Shown here: positions 25,146-35,700 of the stretch, piece by piece
Layout: the number at the start of each line of letters is the position of its first letter
Position numbering within the stretch: position 1 is the stretch's first letter
Virus record (IMG/VR): IMGVR_UViG_3300030103_005479
Location: 1 to 39,490 of that record
Direction: 5' to 3' (one strand)
Source: a virus
Lineage: Duplodnaviria; Caudoviricetes
DNA: 39,490 nucleotides
The notes under the pieces: generated by a model
What the model was told of the DNA's origin: nothing
What the model saw: only the letters and a program-made list of their open reading frames with translations
The model's database searches: none
Program-made: the position numbers and the translations under genes

Positions 25146-26711
25146 ATGCCACAGGTGTTCAGCCCCGGTGAGCCTGAGACAAGGCCCCTCGACCCCGATG
25201 CCATTGTCTACACCACCCCGCAGAAGGTGGCCGACCTCCTCGAGATAGGACCACAGGACGCTGTGGCAGTGAGCGCAGATTCAGAGAGCACTGGGGTTTT
25301 CGTGTCTGGTGCCAATTATCGCAGCATCGGGTTCGCTGTGGGAGACACGCTACTCATCTACAGCGATGCAGACCCACTCGGCCTAGAGCGGACCATCACG
25401 GCCATCACATCGACAATCAACGGCGTGAAACTTGGCTTCTCATCATCCATAACAGCAGCGGACTTTCAGAGCGCTGACAACACCTTCGTCCAGAACACAG
25501 CGTCCTTCACCAACGGTAGGACGAGGGGCGTCACGCATGACAAGGTGAAGCAACTCATCCTTCGTTCGCAGGACAGGATAGACAACATGACTCACAACTC
25601 GTGGAGACCGAATCTGGTCGCTGCCGAGTACATCAACTTCGACACGTACAAGCCGTACAGGCGTCGATACTACACCGACTATGTCGGCACCACACCGCTC
25701 CTATTCCGCAACGTGCAGCAGATGCTTCGCATCGAGTTGTGGCAGGGCGACGACTACAGGGAGATTGGCGCCTCCGAGGCTCGCCTCAAGATTCCAGACA
25801 GCGTACGTTCCCTCTCAGGCTCAATCGTCATGTCTCCCGGCAATGGGAGCGCCGCTACACTCACGATAGGAACGTCAAACACACAATGGAGGGCTGACTT
25901 CGACAAGATAACCACCGCACAGAACCTTGTTGACCTCATCAACAAGGAGGACAGGGTAAGCAAGGGAACTGTGGAGTTCTCACCTGCATTCACTCTTGAG
26001 GGTAGTACTTCCAACGTGGGAGTACATAACGAGTTCCTAGCAACGGCCAATGCTGACTATGGTAGTGGTCATGTCAAGATTTCCAGCATGAGGTCCACAC
26101 AGGCCGGTGAGGTGTGCAGCATAGTCACTACCGACACCAACATAGAGATATCACAGACTCAGATAAACAAGGCCACCTTCAGCAGCCTCAACAGCACGAC
26201 CATAACAGTGGACGATACAAATGGCTTCGCAGACGCTGGTGTCGTTGTTGACGCCAGTGGTGACGTCTTCAGTTACACCGGCAAGACAGCCACAACCTTC
26301 ACTGGTTGCACAATCGTGGTTGGCTCTGCGCTCTCTGATATAGCAGGCGCACTCACTCAACACCTCATGCAGGTCGACCTACAGGGTGGTAGTTCCAGCG
26401 GTGATAGAGGTAGGCTCCGTGACTATTGGCTAGACCACGAGATGGGCATAGTCTACTTCAACAACTCATACCCGTTCTTCGAGTGGAATGCCGTCAAGGT
26501 CGCATACATCTACGGTGAGAGATACGTCGAGAAGGCCATCGAGGATATCTGCACCAAGATGGTGGCCATCGAGTTGCTGCTCAGCGACGACAGGAGCGTC
26601 CTCATACCAGAGGGCTCGCAGAACGTGGACCTCGCATCCAAGATTCAACTCTACCGTCAGGACATCGACAGGATGCTACCACGTTACATCGAGGTGATTG
26701 CCTTTGAGTAG
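25146..26711 (+). CDS. Probable head-tail adaptor (neck) protein with large beta-rich insertions
   Basis: N-terminal YTTPQKVADLL, helix QLILRSQDRIDNMT and C-terminal VAYIYG...IEDICTKMVAIELL are typical of gp6/gp15-type adaptors; position fits. Confidence 0.65.
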   Translation: MPQVFSPGEPETRPLDPDAIVYTTPQKVADLLEIGPQDAVAVSADSESTGVFVSGANYRSIGFAVGDTLLIYSDADPLGLERTITAITSTINGVKLGFSSSITAADFQSADNTFVQNTASFTNGRTRGVTHDKVKQLILRSQDRIDNMTHNSWRPNLVAAEYINFDTYKPYRRRYYTDYVGTTPLLFRNVQQMLRIELWQGDDYREIGASEARLKIPDSVRSLSGSIVMSPGNGSAATLTIGTSNTQWRADFDKITTAQNLVDLINKEDRVSKGTVEFSPAFTLEGSTSNVGVHNEFLATANADYGSGHVKISSMRSTQAGEVCSIVTTDTNIEISQTQINKATFSSLNSTTITVDDTNGFADAGVVVDASGDVFSYTGKTATTFTGCTIVVGSALSDIAGALTQHLMQVDLQGGSSSGDRGRLRDYWLDHEMGIVYFNNSYPFFEWNAVKVAYIYGERYVEKAIEDICTKMVAIELLLSDDRSVLIPEGSQNVDLASKIQLYRQDIDRMLPRYIEVIAFE

Positions 26712-27078
26712 GCCGTCGTTCGAGACGAAACTGCTGCTCAAGCAAGTTACTGACCACTTCAAGACCAACGACGAATTGCAGAAGCAACTACATGATGCCT
26801 TCTCACAAAGCCCTCAGCCTCAGAGGGAGAGGATAGAGCAGGAGGAGCGCTCGCTCTCCGATATACCGGATGGTGGAGAAGCAGATGAGGGTACTATCAT
26901 GAGGATAGAATCCAGAATGGTCACCGAGAACTCCAGTTACAACAATTACAATCTAGACTTCAAGGGAGGGGCGATAGTGCCAGACACGCAGTCGTACCTC
27001 AGAAAGGTGGAGGACAACAGCGCCATACGCGCATTTGAGAGAAAGGTGGTGAGGAAGCGTGGTCGCAACATTCAGTGA
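26704..27078 (+). CDS. Hypothetical neck-region protein
   Basis: GAGGTGA RBS at 26691 favours TTG 26704; fills the gap between genes. Confidence 0.6.
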   Translation: MSRPSFETKLLLKQVTDHFKTNDELQKQLHDAFSQSPQPQRERIEQEERSLSDIPDGGEADEGTIMRIESRMVTENSSYNNYNLDFKGGAIVPDTQSYLRKVEDNSAIRAFERKVVRKRGRNIQ

Positions 27079-27508
27079 GGGAATCAATCTCGTTATCGAT
27101 ACCCTCATCGATAACTGGAACAGGGGCAACACCGACGGCTTCAAGCCAGTCATCATCGACGTGGCCGATGTCAGCCCCGAGACCGGCAAGCGACTCGACA
27201 TGCGAAACAGGGACTACGTCATCGTGTTCGAGACGGCGCACAACGAGGAGACACCGGAACTCCTCTACGACTTCGTCACCACTAGGATAAACATCACACT
27301 CGATGCGAGGACCATGAGGAGCCGTCGACATCAGCAGTTGATGGAGAACGAGATTCGTAGAATCATCCACACCAAGAGGAAGGGAGATGGTACCAACATG
27401 GACAGGCTTGTGTACAAAACTCGCACCGATTTGTCCGACAGGACCAAAATACTCTTCAGAACCACGTTCCAAGTAGAAGTTGTTATCTTCTCCGAACTCA
27501 TCCCATAG
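27059..27508 (+). CDS. Probable tail terminator/completion protein
   Basis: About 150 aa directly before the tail tube; alpha/beta pattern TRINITLDART...ENEIRRII...FRTTFQVEV. Confidence 0.6.
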   Translation: MVATFSEGINLVIDTLIDNWNRGNTDGFKPVIIDVADVSPETGKRLDMRNRDYVIVFETAHNEETPELLYDFVTTRINITLDARTMRSRRHQQLMENEIRRIIHTKRKGDGTNMDRLVYKTRTDLSDRTKILFRTTFQVEVVIFSELIP

Positions 27509-27516
27509 GTGTAGAC

Positions 27517-29544
27517 ATGCCATCGACAGTGTACAAGGGAGATTTGACCGAAGTCACATTCGGTCACGAGACGGGTGTGGTTCTCCCACATGGGTACGCA
27601 GGCTCATTCAAGTTCATCGCCAAGGCAGCGAGCCGCGACCTCGTGAAGGATACCAGCATCATCACCTTCAGCGGTGGTGCTGCGTCCACCCCTGTTGTAG
27701 TCGCTCATGCTGGAAGTGACGGTCATTCGGTGCTCCAGTTCCCAGTCGGTATGCTCGTAGGTTCAAAGGTCGTCTTCAGCATCAACAATGGTAGTCCTGA
27801 TTTTGACACTCAAGATGACTTCTCCGTCTCTGGTCGTTCCTACACCATCATCAAGCACGCCGTCGTCCAAGGTGGTGACAGTAAGTACAGAACCGAACTG
27901 ACCATCACACCCGCTCTGCGAACCGACCACAGCAGCGCAAAGGACTCAAAGGCGGATGACGTCATGGAGATTCTACCCTTCACGACACCATCGATGGACG
28001 TATCAATGACCTACAACGCGACCGCCTCCAGCAGCGCAGAGCGAGTCTTGACTGACCAGTTCGTAGGACTCGTCAACACGATATCACTACCGGAGACTAA
28101 GGTCGACCTCAAGAGATACCACGTCGTCGGTCTAGGTCGTGACGTAGCCGTTCAGGTCCCGGGCAGGTTCCTCAACACGGGTGGTAGTTTCGAGTCCAAC
28201 ATGCACAACGCCAGATGGATGTACTACTGTCTCGGACACGAGGTTACCTCGTTCAGTGGTGGTCAGACTGGTGGTGCGACATTCAGAACGAACGGTGCGA
28301 TATCACAAGGAGACTCCTCATTCGCGTATGATGGTGGTTCATCCGCCCCAACGATAAGCGGTGCAAGCCCAGCATCAGTCGGTGCTGGTGATTACATCAT
28401 CATCATTGACACGGACACCACCGACATCAAGACCTACAGGGAGACCGCGAGTGACGGCACATGGCCCACCAACGGAGCCAACTCGATACTGAGCAAGGCC
28501 CAGAAGCAGGAGATAAGGAGAATCGTGGCTATATCGGATTCCTCTGGGACAGGTAGGATATGGGTCGATGACCCATTCAACTTCGCCCACTCAACTGATA
28601 AGACGGTGAAGTTCCTGAAGTACGAGGCTGACAGCACGAGGGGCAGCCCCCACATGACCACCACGAACACCAACTACGGGCTGATAACGAACCCAGTCGA
28701 GCGCATACTATTCTCACGTACGAATATCCCATCGTTCGCCATGGAGGTCAGCATCAGGAGAAGGGACACCGACAGCAACGAGGGGACCACCGATGGGTCG
28801 AACAGCGACTCCAAACAACTCACACGAGTCTTCCGTGGGTGCAAGGTGACCAGTTTCAACCTCACAGCGGACACCGACGCAGCACTGAGGCTGACCGTCG
28901 ACTTCGACTCAGCACTCGTCTACACGGACACCGGCAGGCTCGAGGGCACCAAGGGTGACAGGTACGACACTCACAGGCTCTTCGAGGACACCGCCAACAA
29001 CGAGGTGAAGCGCAAGGAGTCTGGTATCGCCAAGAGGACCCAGAAGCCCTTCATGTTCTACAATGGTATTATTACAGTGGCAGGAGTACAGGTCGGTCAA
29101 GTCGTCAGTTTCAATCTGAACGGTACCACTGGCGTCCAGCAGTACTACACCATCAACGGCGCGAACGTCGCTGACTCCGAGCAGGACCAAGTCCCCTTCG
29201 CTGGGACACGCAACCCATCCCTCGCAGTGGAGGGTAAGACGGAGTACGACTTGGAGATGGAGATTATCGTTGACGACCCTGTCTTCTACCACAAGATGAG
29301 GAGAGCAGTAGACCACTACGACGACGACACCAGCAACACCACTGACGCCGATATGATACGACTGTCATTCACCAAGCAAGGAGCAGGTGCAACGAGAGAG
29401 TCAATCGATATCGTCATGGACGACTACTTCATCGTAGAGGCTCCGTTGCCGATACCCGAGGACAAGGGCCCTCTACGCTCCACACTGAAGATACTCCCCA
29501 AGACGGTCCACGTCATAGCCAAGGACACGTTGATGCACAGTTGA
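27517..29544 (+). CDS. Major tail tube protein with inserted accessory domains
   Basis: EVTFGHET start, PSFAMEV, RVFRGCKVTSFNLTA...LTVDF, PFMFYNG, GKTEYDLEMEI; no sheath gene seen. Confidence 0.75.
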   Translation: MPSTVYKGDLTEVTFGHETGVVLPHGYAGSFKFIAKAASRDLVKDTSIITFSGGAASTPVVVAHAGSDGHSVLQFPVGMLVGSKVVFSINNGSPDFDTQDDFSVSGRSYTIIKHAVVQGGDSKYRTELTITPALRTDHSSAKDSKADDVMEILPFTTPSMDVSMTYNATASSSAERVLTDQFVGLVNTISLPETKVDLKRYHVVGLGRDVAVQVPGRFLNTGGSFESNMHNARWMYYCLGHEVTSFSGGQTGGATFRTNGAISQGDSSFAYDGGSSAPTISGASPASVGAGDYIIIIDTDTTDIKTYRETASDGTWPTNGANSILSKAQKQEIRRIVAISDSSGTGRIWVDDPFNFAHSTDKTVKFLKYEADSTRGSPHMTTTNTNYGLITNPVERILFSRTNIPSFAMEVSIRRRDTDSNEGTTDGSNSDSKQLTRVFRGCKVTSFNLTADTDAALRLTVDFDSALVYTDTGRLEGTKGDRYDTHRLFEDTANNEVKRKESGIAKRTQKPFMFYNGIITVAGVQVGQVVSFNLNGTTGVQQYYTINGANVADSEQDQVPFAGTRNPSLAVEGKTEYDLEMEIIVDDPVFYHKMRRAVDHYDDDTSNTTDADMIRLSFTKQGAGATRESIDIVMDDYFIVEAPLPIPEDKGPLRSTLKILPKTVHVIAKDTLMHS

Positions 29545-29553
29545 GGGATTAAG

Positions 29554-30321
<768 letters not shown>

Positions 30322-30615
30322 GAAACGACATGAGATACAAGTGGACCCCGACGACCCAGAGGTCGTGATGGAAGTGTGGGTGCGCGACATGACGTTCTTC
30401 GACGTGCAGAAAGCAGCACAGAAGATGTTCTCAGTAGAGGGTGGCAACATCTCCTTCGACTTGGAGGCGTACTGGCGTTACGCCTTCCAGAACTTCGTGA
30501 CACGCACGAACCCGAGACTCTCTCCAGATGAGATGCTGAATCTCTCTGCCTACATAGGCGAGCAAATCAGCGCTCATCTCCCGAAGCCGACTGAGTTGGC
30601 GGAGGCGATACAGGG

Positions 30616-30622
30616 GGATTTT
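30616..30622 (+). other. Candidate -1 programmed ribosomal frameshift site GGATTTT
   Basis: Heptamer in slippery-site phase (G GAT TTT); the -1 frame is open into the next ORF. Confidence 0.55.
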
Positions 30623-30636
30623 ACCAAGGCGAACAG

Positions 30637-30918
30637 ATGAGGGTGCAGAGGTTCCTGTCGAGCGGCAAGGTCGAGACGACAGAGGACATCGAACTGCAAA
30701 CTCAACTGTTCGCCTATATCGTGGCCAAGCACTATGGTGTATCGCTGACAGAGGTATTGAATATGGGGAGAGGCGTGTTCAGACAATCACTCGCATGGGC
30801 CATGGCGGTCGATAAGGAGCAGAGCAAGGAGAGGAAGCGGGTCTTCATGCAGGACAAGACAGGCAATGAGACCATATCCCTCGACTACTCTTTCCTGCAG
30901 ATGGAGGATGACTTCTGA
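30637..30918 (+). CDS. Probable tail chaperone extension (gpT-like)
   Basis: -1 frame relative to the upstream ORF; YIVAKHYGVSLTEVLNM resembles gpT-like helical motifs. Confidence 0.6.
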   Translation: MRVQRFLSSGKVETTEDIELQTQLFAYIVAKHYGVSLTEVLNMGRGVFRQSLAWAMAVDKEQSKERKRVFMQDKTGNETISLDYSFLQMEDDF

Positions 30919-31553
30919 TGCTACCGATAGTCGGTGCCATGCAATCCCTTCAAGGGCTGCTCACTACAATCTCTGGTGGTCTATCGAGCATCACCGGTGC
31001 AATCAGTGGTCTAGGAGGAGCATTCTCATCCGTGTTCAACACATTAGGCACCATCGCTGCAGGTCCCCTCGGTGAGATAGAGGATAAAATAACAGACGCT
31101 GCTGGAAAATTGGGTGATGGGTTCGATAAAGCGAAGGAAAAGGTCGGAGGTGTAATTGGGGAAGTCAGTGGTAATTTAGGCGATGCCGTGGATGATGTCA
31201 AGGATGCATTCTTCAGCATATTCGACAAGAAGAAGGTCGAGGAGGCGATAGCACCGGTGTCGGAATTCACAACTGCTCAGCAAGTGTCCGATGCTGGTTA
31301 TGCAGACGCCATAATAAGAGACAAGATAAAGGAAGAGCAAGTTGCCTCTGCTCAAGTGCGTAATCAGCAGAAGGCTGACATCGCCGCCATGCAAAATTAC
31401 GCAGCAAGCAGGGGCGCGGTCAACGTCACCGTGAACGCGGGTGGCATAACTGATAGGTCGGACAAGAAGCAGATGGCACTCGAGATAGGCAATGAGATTC
31501 AGAGGGAACTGGCTAGGTACAACGCCGGTCTGACGAGGGCACCGAGGTTATAG
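30918..31553 (+). CDS. Short tape-measure-like protein
   Basis: Position after the chaperones; amphipathic G/A/S/I repeats; C-terminal VNVTVNAGGI...MALEIGNEIQREL typical of TMP ends. Confidence 0.6.
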   Translation: MLPIVGAMQSLQGLLTTISGGLSSITGAISGLGGAFSSVFNTLGTIAAGPLGEIEDKITDAAGKLGDGFDKAKEKVGGVIGEVSGNLGDAVDDVKDAFFSIFDKKKVEEAIAPVSEFTTAQQVSDAGYADAIIRDKIKEEQVASAQVRNQQKADIAAMQNYAASRGAVNVTVNAGGITDRSDKKQMALEIGNEIQRELARYNAGLTRAPRL

Positions 31554-31555
31554 AC

Positions 31556-32755
31556 ATGGCAGCAGCGAACGGCACACCAATCAGGCTCGTACAGGATAAC
31601 GACAACCTCATCGAACTCAATGCCACCAACATCGCCTTCACGGTCGACAGGGGCGTGACCCCTCACTCCCTGCCTGCCGCCGGTGGTAGGAGGTTCAGCA
31701 TAGACCTCAACAAGAACAAGTCCCTCATCGTCGTGGAGGGTGTATTCACGGATGATACTCAGGGGAGTGGGGCTAGGAACGCATCTGCGCTCATCGACTT
31801 CTCGGTATCGCAGAAAGGTGCCAACACAGGTGACTTTGGCCACGTCTTCGTCACCAACGACAACATCGACAGCCTACTCATATCCACTACATCTGCTCGT
31901 ATGACTATCAGAGACTCCGCTGGAACATCATTCAACCTCTTCTTCGAGGAGACTGCCGGTACGCCGGGGTACAACACGGTGACCGATAAACTCCGCATCA
32001 AGAGCACCGATGGTACTCGAATCACCGCAGTTCAGTTCACGCAAGGTGTCGCCGACTGGATAAACACAGACGTTCCCACTATATCAGCGGTCGTGGTGAA
32101 CAGCCTAATCAATCAGAACTCGCTCGGGCTCAACACCGCGCTGAGGGTAACACATGACGTTATTGGTGCTATTGGCAACACCGCGATAATTGGTTTTGGC
32201 TTCGGTGGTAGTGTCCATCATCTGAGCAGGCCAAGGAAACCACACATAGAGGTCTTCAGCGGTGGTAGAGATTCCATTGCCAAGAGCGCCGGTGACAAGG
32301 CTATGGACCTCTACGGCATCTTGAACAACTCAAGCAGGAACATCCCTGAAGTCACTCGACTTGGTAGTGCAGCGATTGGTATAGGTGCTATTGCAGCATT
32401 CTTCTCACTAGGACTTGCAGGTGGTCTAGCAATCGCCGGCGGTGGTCTAAAAATCAACTCATCGTCAGGTGACCATGACTACATCATCGGCATCCAGATA
32501 CCATACAACTCCAAGATACAGGCTGGTGGTGACACCTATGTCGCCCGTAACTTCTTCATGCCGATTGGTCTCAAGAAGAATGCCAAGGACAAGTCCAGCG
32601 AGGGAAACACACTACCTGCCAGCACGAAGTTCAGCACCGGTGACAACTTCACTGGTATACAGGGCACTGTCACCAAGATGGACATCTTCTACGACGCTGG
32701 TGAGAGTGTGTATGGGTTCAGGATGGACTTCTCACCTATCGACAACATGATTTGA
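31556..32755 (+). CDS. Probable distal tail/baseplate hub protein
   Basis: Follows TMP; N-terminal RFSIDLN...IVVEGVFTD and C-terminal IQGTVTKMDIFYDAGESVYGFRMDF resemble tube-fold hub proteins. Confidence 0.55.
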   Translation: MAAANGTPIRLVQDNDNLIELNATNIAFTVDRGVTPHSLPAAGGRRFSIDLNKNKSLIVVEGVFTDDTQGSGARNASALIDFSVSQKGANTGDFGHVFVTNDNIDSLLISTTSARMTIRDSAGTSFNLFFEETAGTPGYNTVTDKLRIKSTDGTRITAVQFTQGVADWINTDVPTISAVVVNSLINQNSLGLNTALRVTHDVIGAIGNTAIIGFGFGGSVHHLSRPRKPHIEVFSGGRDSIAKSAGDKAMDLYGILNNSSRNIPEVTRLGSAAIGIGAIAAFFSLGLAGGLAIAGGGLKINSSSGDHDYIIGIQIPYNSKIQAGGDTYVARNFFMPIGLKKNAKDKSSEGNTLPASTKFSTGDNFTGIQGTVTKMDIFYDAGESVYGFRMDFSPIDNMI

Positions 32756-32766
32756 ACGGTGAAGAG

Positions 32767-35700
32767 ATGGCTGTGCTGGGGAGGACGAATCACGCATTCT
32801 TCTTCGATGGCGTCAGTGACAGCATCATCATACCACAGGGCAGACACACCAAACTCGGTGACCTGACGCCTGACGGCAAGACCATGTCAACCCTGCTCTC
32901 GAGCAACCCGAGCGGCTCTCAGACCACCACCCTGACGAGCGGTCTGTTCGGCAACCAGTTCTGCATAGAGGCTTGGGTGCAACCGGACTGCGGTGGTGTC
33001 ATTGTCCAGAAGCAGGACCAGTTCTCACTGAGCATAGGCAACGTAGACACCCCCGGACCAGCGGTCTTCACCATCACGCTCGACAGACCCACGGGCATCG
33101 AGGTCGTCAGGCTAAGCACAGCCGTCGAGGAGACCAACGGGTATGACGGAACCGTCTACCCACCCTCCACCTTCGGTGGCCCGCACGACTCCTACAATCG
33201 CTTCAACTCTTCATACGACGACGCGACCTCACTCAACATCAATCACAGGCCGCTCATACACGTCGTCGCTGCCCTACGTAGTGAAGAAGCAGTGCTCTAC
33301 ATCAATGGTGAGTTGATGGTCAAGAAAGCGCTCAGGGACAGCGATTTCACACTCAACAAGAGCGACCATCATATCTTCGTCGGTGGTAAGGGAGGCCAGT
33401 TCAGGGGAGTCATGGAGGGTCTGCACCTCTCCAACAGGTTCACAGACTCGTTAATCAACAGGAACGCACCACTCGTCGATGAGAACACCCTCGTGCTCTA
33501 CAGGTTCGAGGAGCCAATCGCGCCCGTTCAGGGACTGTTCGAGATTAACCCCTCCTTCAGCACCGTGGGTGGTCTCACCAAGATACTGTTCGCCACAGCC
33601 TCCGATGCCTCTTCACTGGCAAGCACACTCACTGGTAATACGGTCACTTCGGGAACCGTCGACTTCACAGCATCACCGTACTCGATGGGCAACTACAAGG
33701 TCTTCGACGCACACACCACACCGGGGACAACGACGACTAGAAGCGTCGCGCATGTTCCCTACAACCTACTCATCAATGCTGGCTCTATCAACCCGAAGAC
33801 GAAGAAGCCCAACCAGAAGCCGCCAGAGAGGGTAAGGCTACACTCAATCAACGACATAGACAGCACTCCCTACATGCTAGTCTCGAGCATACACATAGAC
33901 TTCGTCAACGGTGATGCCAATGGTCTGAGGACAGCATTGCACACGAGGACGAACGACGTCGACGACTTCTTCGTGGTAGTGGGCTCTGACTTGCTGATAG
34001 ACAGCGGTACTGGTAGCCCGTACCAACCACTCCACTACTCCACTCAGATGATAGACAGGACCGGTCAGATGATTATCGACGAGTGTCGATACGACAATCA
34101 CGGCATAGTGTACTCAAGCAGGATGTCCACGACCGACGTCGACACCGACAACCCGTTCGCAGTAGCGTGGGACACGACAGTGGTCGATGAGAAGTTCAAG
34201 ATTGGACACAGCGGTAGGCACTCGCTCAATCACGTCGACGGTCATCCATTCCTACGCATGCTTCCAGACCCCAGCGAGGAAATCATCAACCAGACGATAG
34301 ACGCTGGAGTCGACACAATTGACGTGTATTATGATGCTGCCTTAAAAGGAGTAGAGAACCAGATAGGAATAAACGCCAGAGTGGACATTCTCCAGAACAC
34401 CGGTGACTTCACTATCAATGATATTACTAGCACCAGCGAAGTAAATACGATAGTGGGAAACGGACTGCCTACTGGCAGTAAAGAGGTCATTGCCATAGGT
34501 GGTACAGCACTCGACATCCTACCTTTCATGCTCAGGGGACCGGTTCCCACTGAACTCCCCTCAGTGGCTGCTGACATAGACAGCGAGACGAGGAGGTACC
34601 ATCTCAGGCCCAGCAGGAACTCGAGAGTAGCCATACTCCACGTCCCCAGCCTGTCAACCTCCAATCTCGCACCCTTCGTAGAGGTCCACTACAACGCCAT
34701 CGACATCACCGGCAAGTCGATGGAGGCCACTGGTGACTCTGGAACAGCGACTCCCTACCTCATGGTCGAGAAGACCGTGCCCGCTGGCGTCACCCCGGTC
34801 GGGGGAGGCAGCACCGTGTACGATGTCATCAACACGGCCATCGGCAATGGCAATCTCACTCTACACGCGCCCGGTGGGTACATCGATGTCGCCATGAGCA
34901 ACTCGGATTTCAACAGCGTCATCTCCAAGCCCAACTCCCTCGTCGGTGACACTAGCGAGGGGTACGAGTCGGATGACGAGTTGGACGAGAGGTTCACGCC
35001 TTTCTCCGATGGCTCAACCAACTACACACCGAGGAGCGACTCCTCCGCTCAACCGAACACCCCTCCCAAAATCGTCACGGCGAGTCACACCACCAGTGAC
35101 ACTCACGAGAGCGTCTTCCACCGAATGCTCATCAACACCGTGTCAAACAGCAAGCAGAAGACGCTGACTGACAAGACCATCTACTCGAGGAGAGAGCCAT
35201 CGACGGTAGTCTCAAGCCCATCGAACGGTGAGTTCGACAGCGGCAGCACGTCCAGCAACACACATATCCACGAGTTCTTCGATGTGATTGACAATCACCC
35301 GATTACCGATAGCAATACTTCCAACATGAGAATATACCTTCAACCTAGTGACCGCAGGAGAGTCAACCAGATGACTCATCTAAGGAGCATGGCGGATGGT
35401 GTTATCGAGCCCAACATCACGACCCTACTCTACCACATGAGCAGGGCGAGGGTGCGGTCCGTGGAGGAGAAGGAGAGCAATGGTGTCAAGAGCACAGTGA
35501 TTCAGTGCCGTGGTCTCAGCGAGGCAGCAGTCAGCAGGACCGTCTCCAAGACCGGCGCAGGTAGCCCAGACTCGCACATCGTCAAGGAAATAGAGCCCAA
35601 CGCGCCAGTAGTCACCGTCACGCTCGGTGGTCCCGGTCAGGGCACATCGGACATCAAACCCACATACGACCCCAGCCCACTATCCCGCCTTCCCTTCTCC

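Noticed and set aside
27517-29544. Contractile tail sheath call based on size
   Set aside because: Motifs are tube-like, and no separate tube or baseplate wedge genes were seen in the window.
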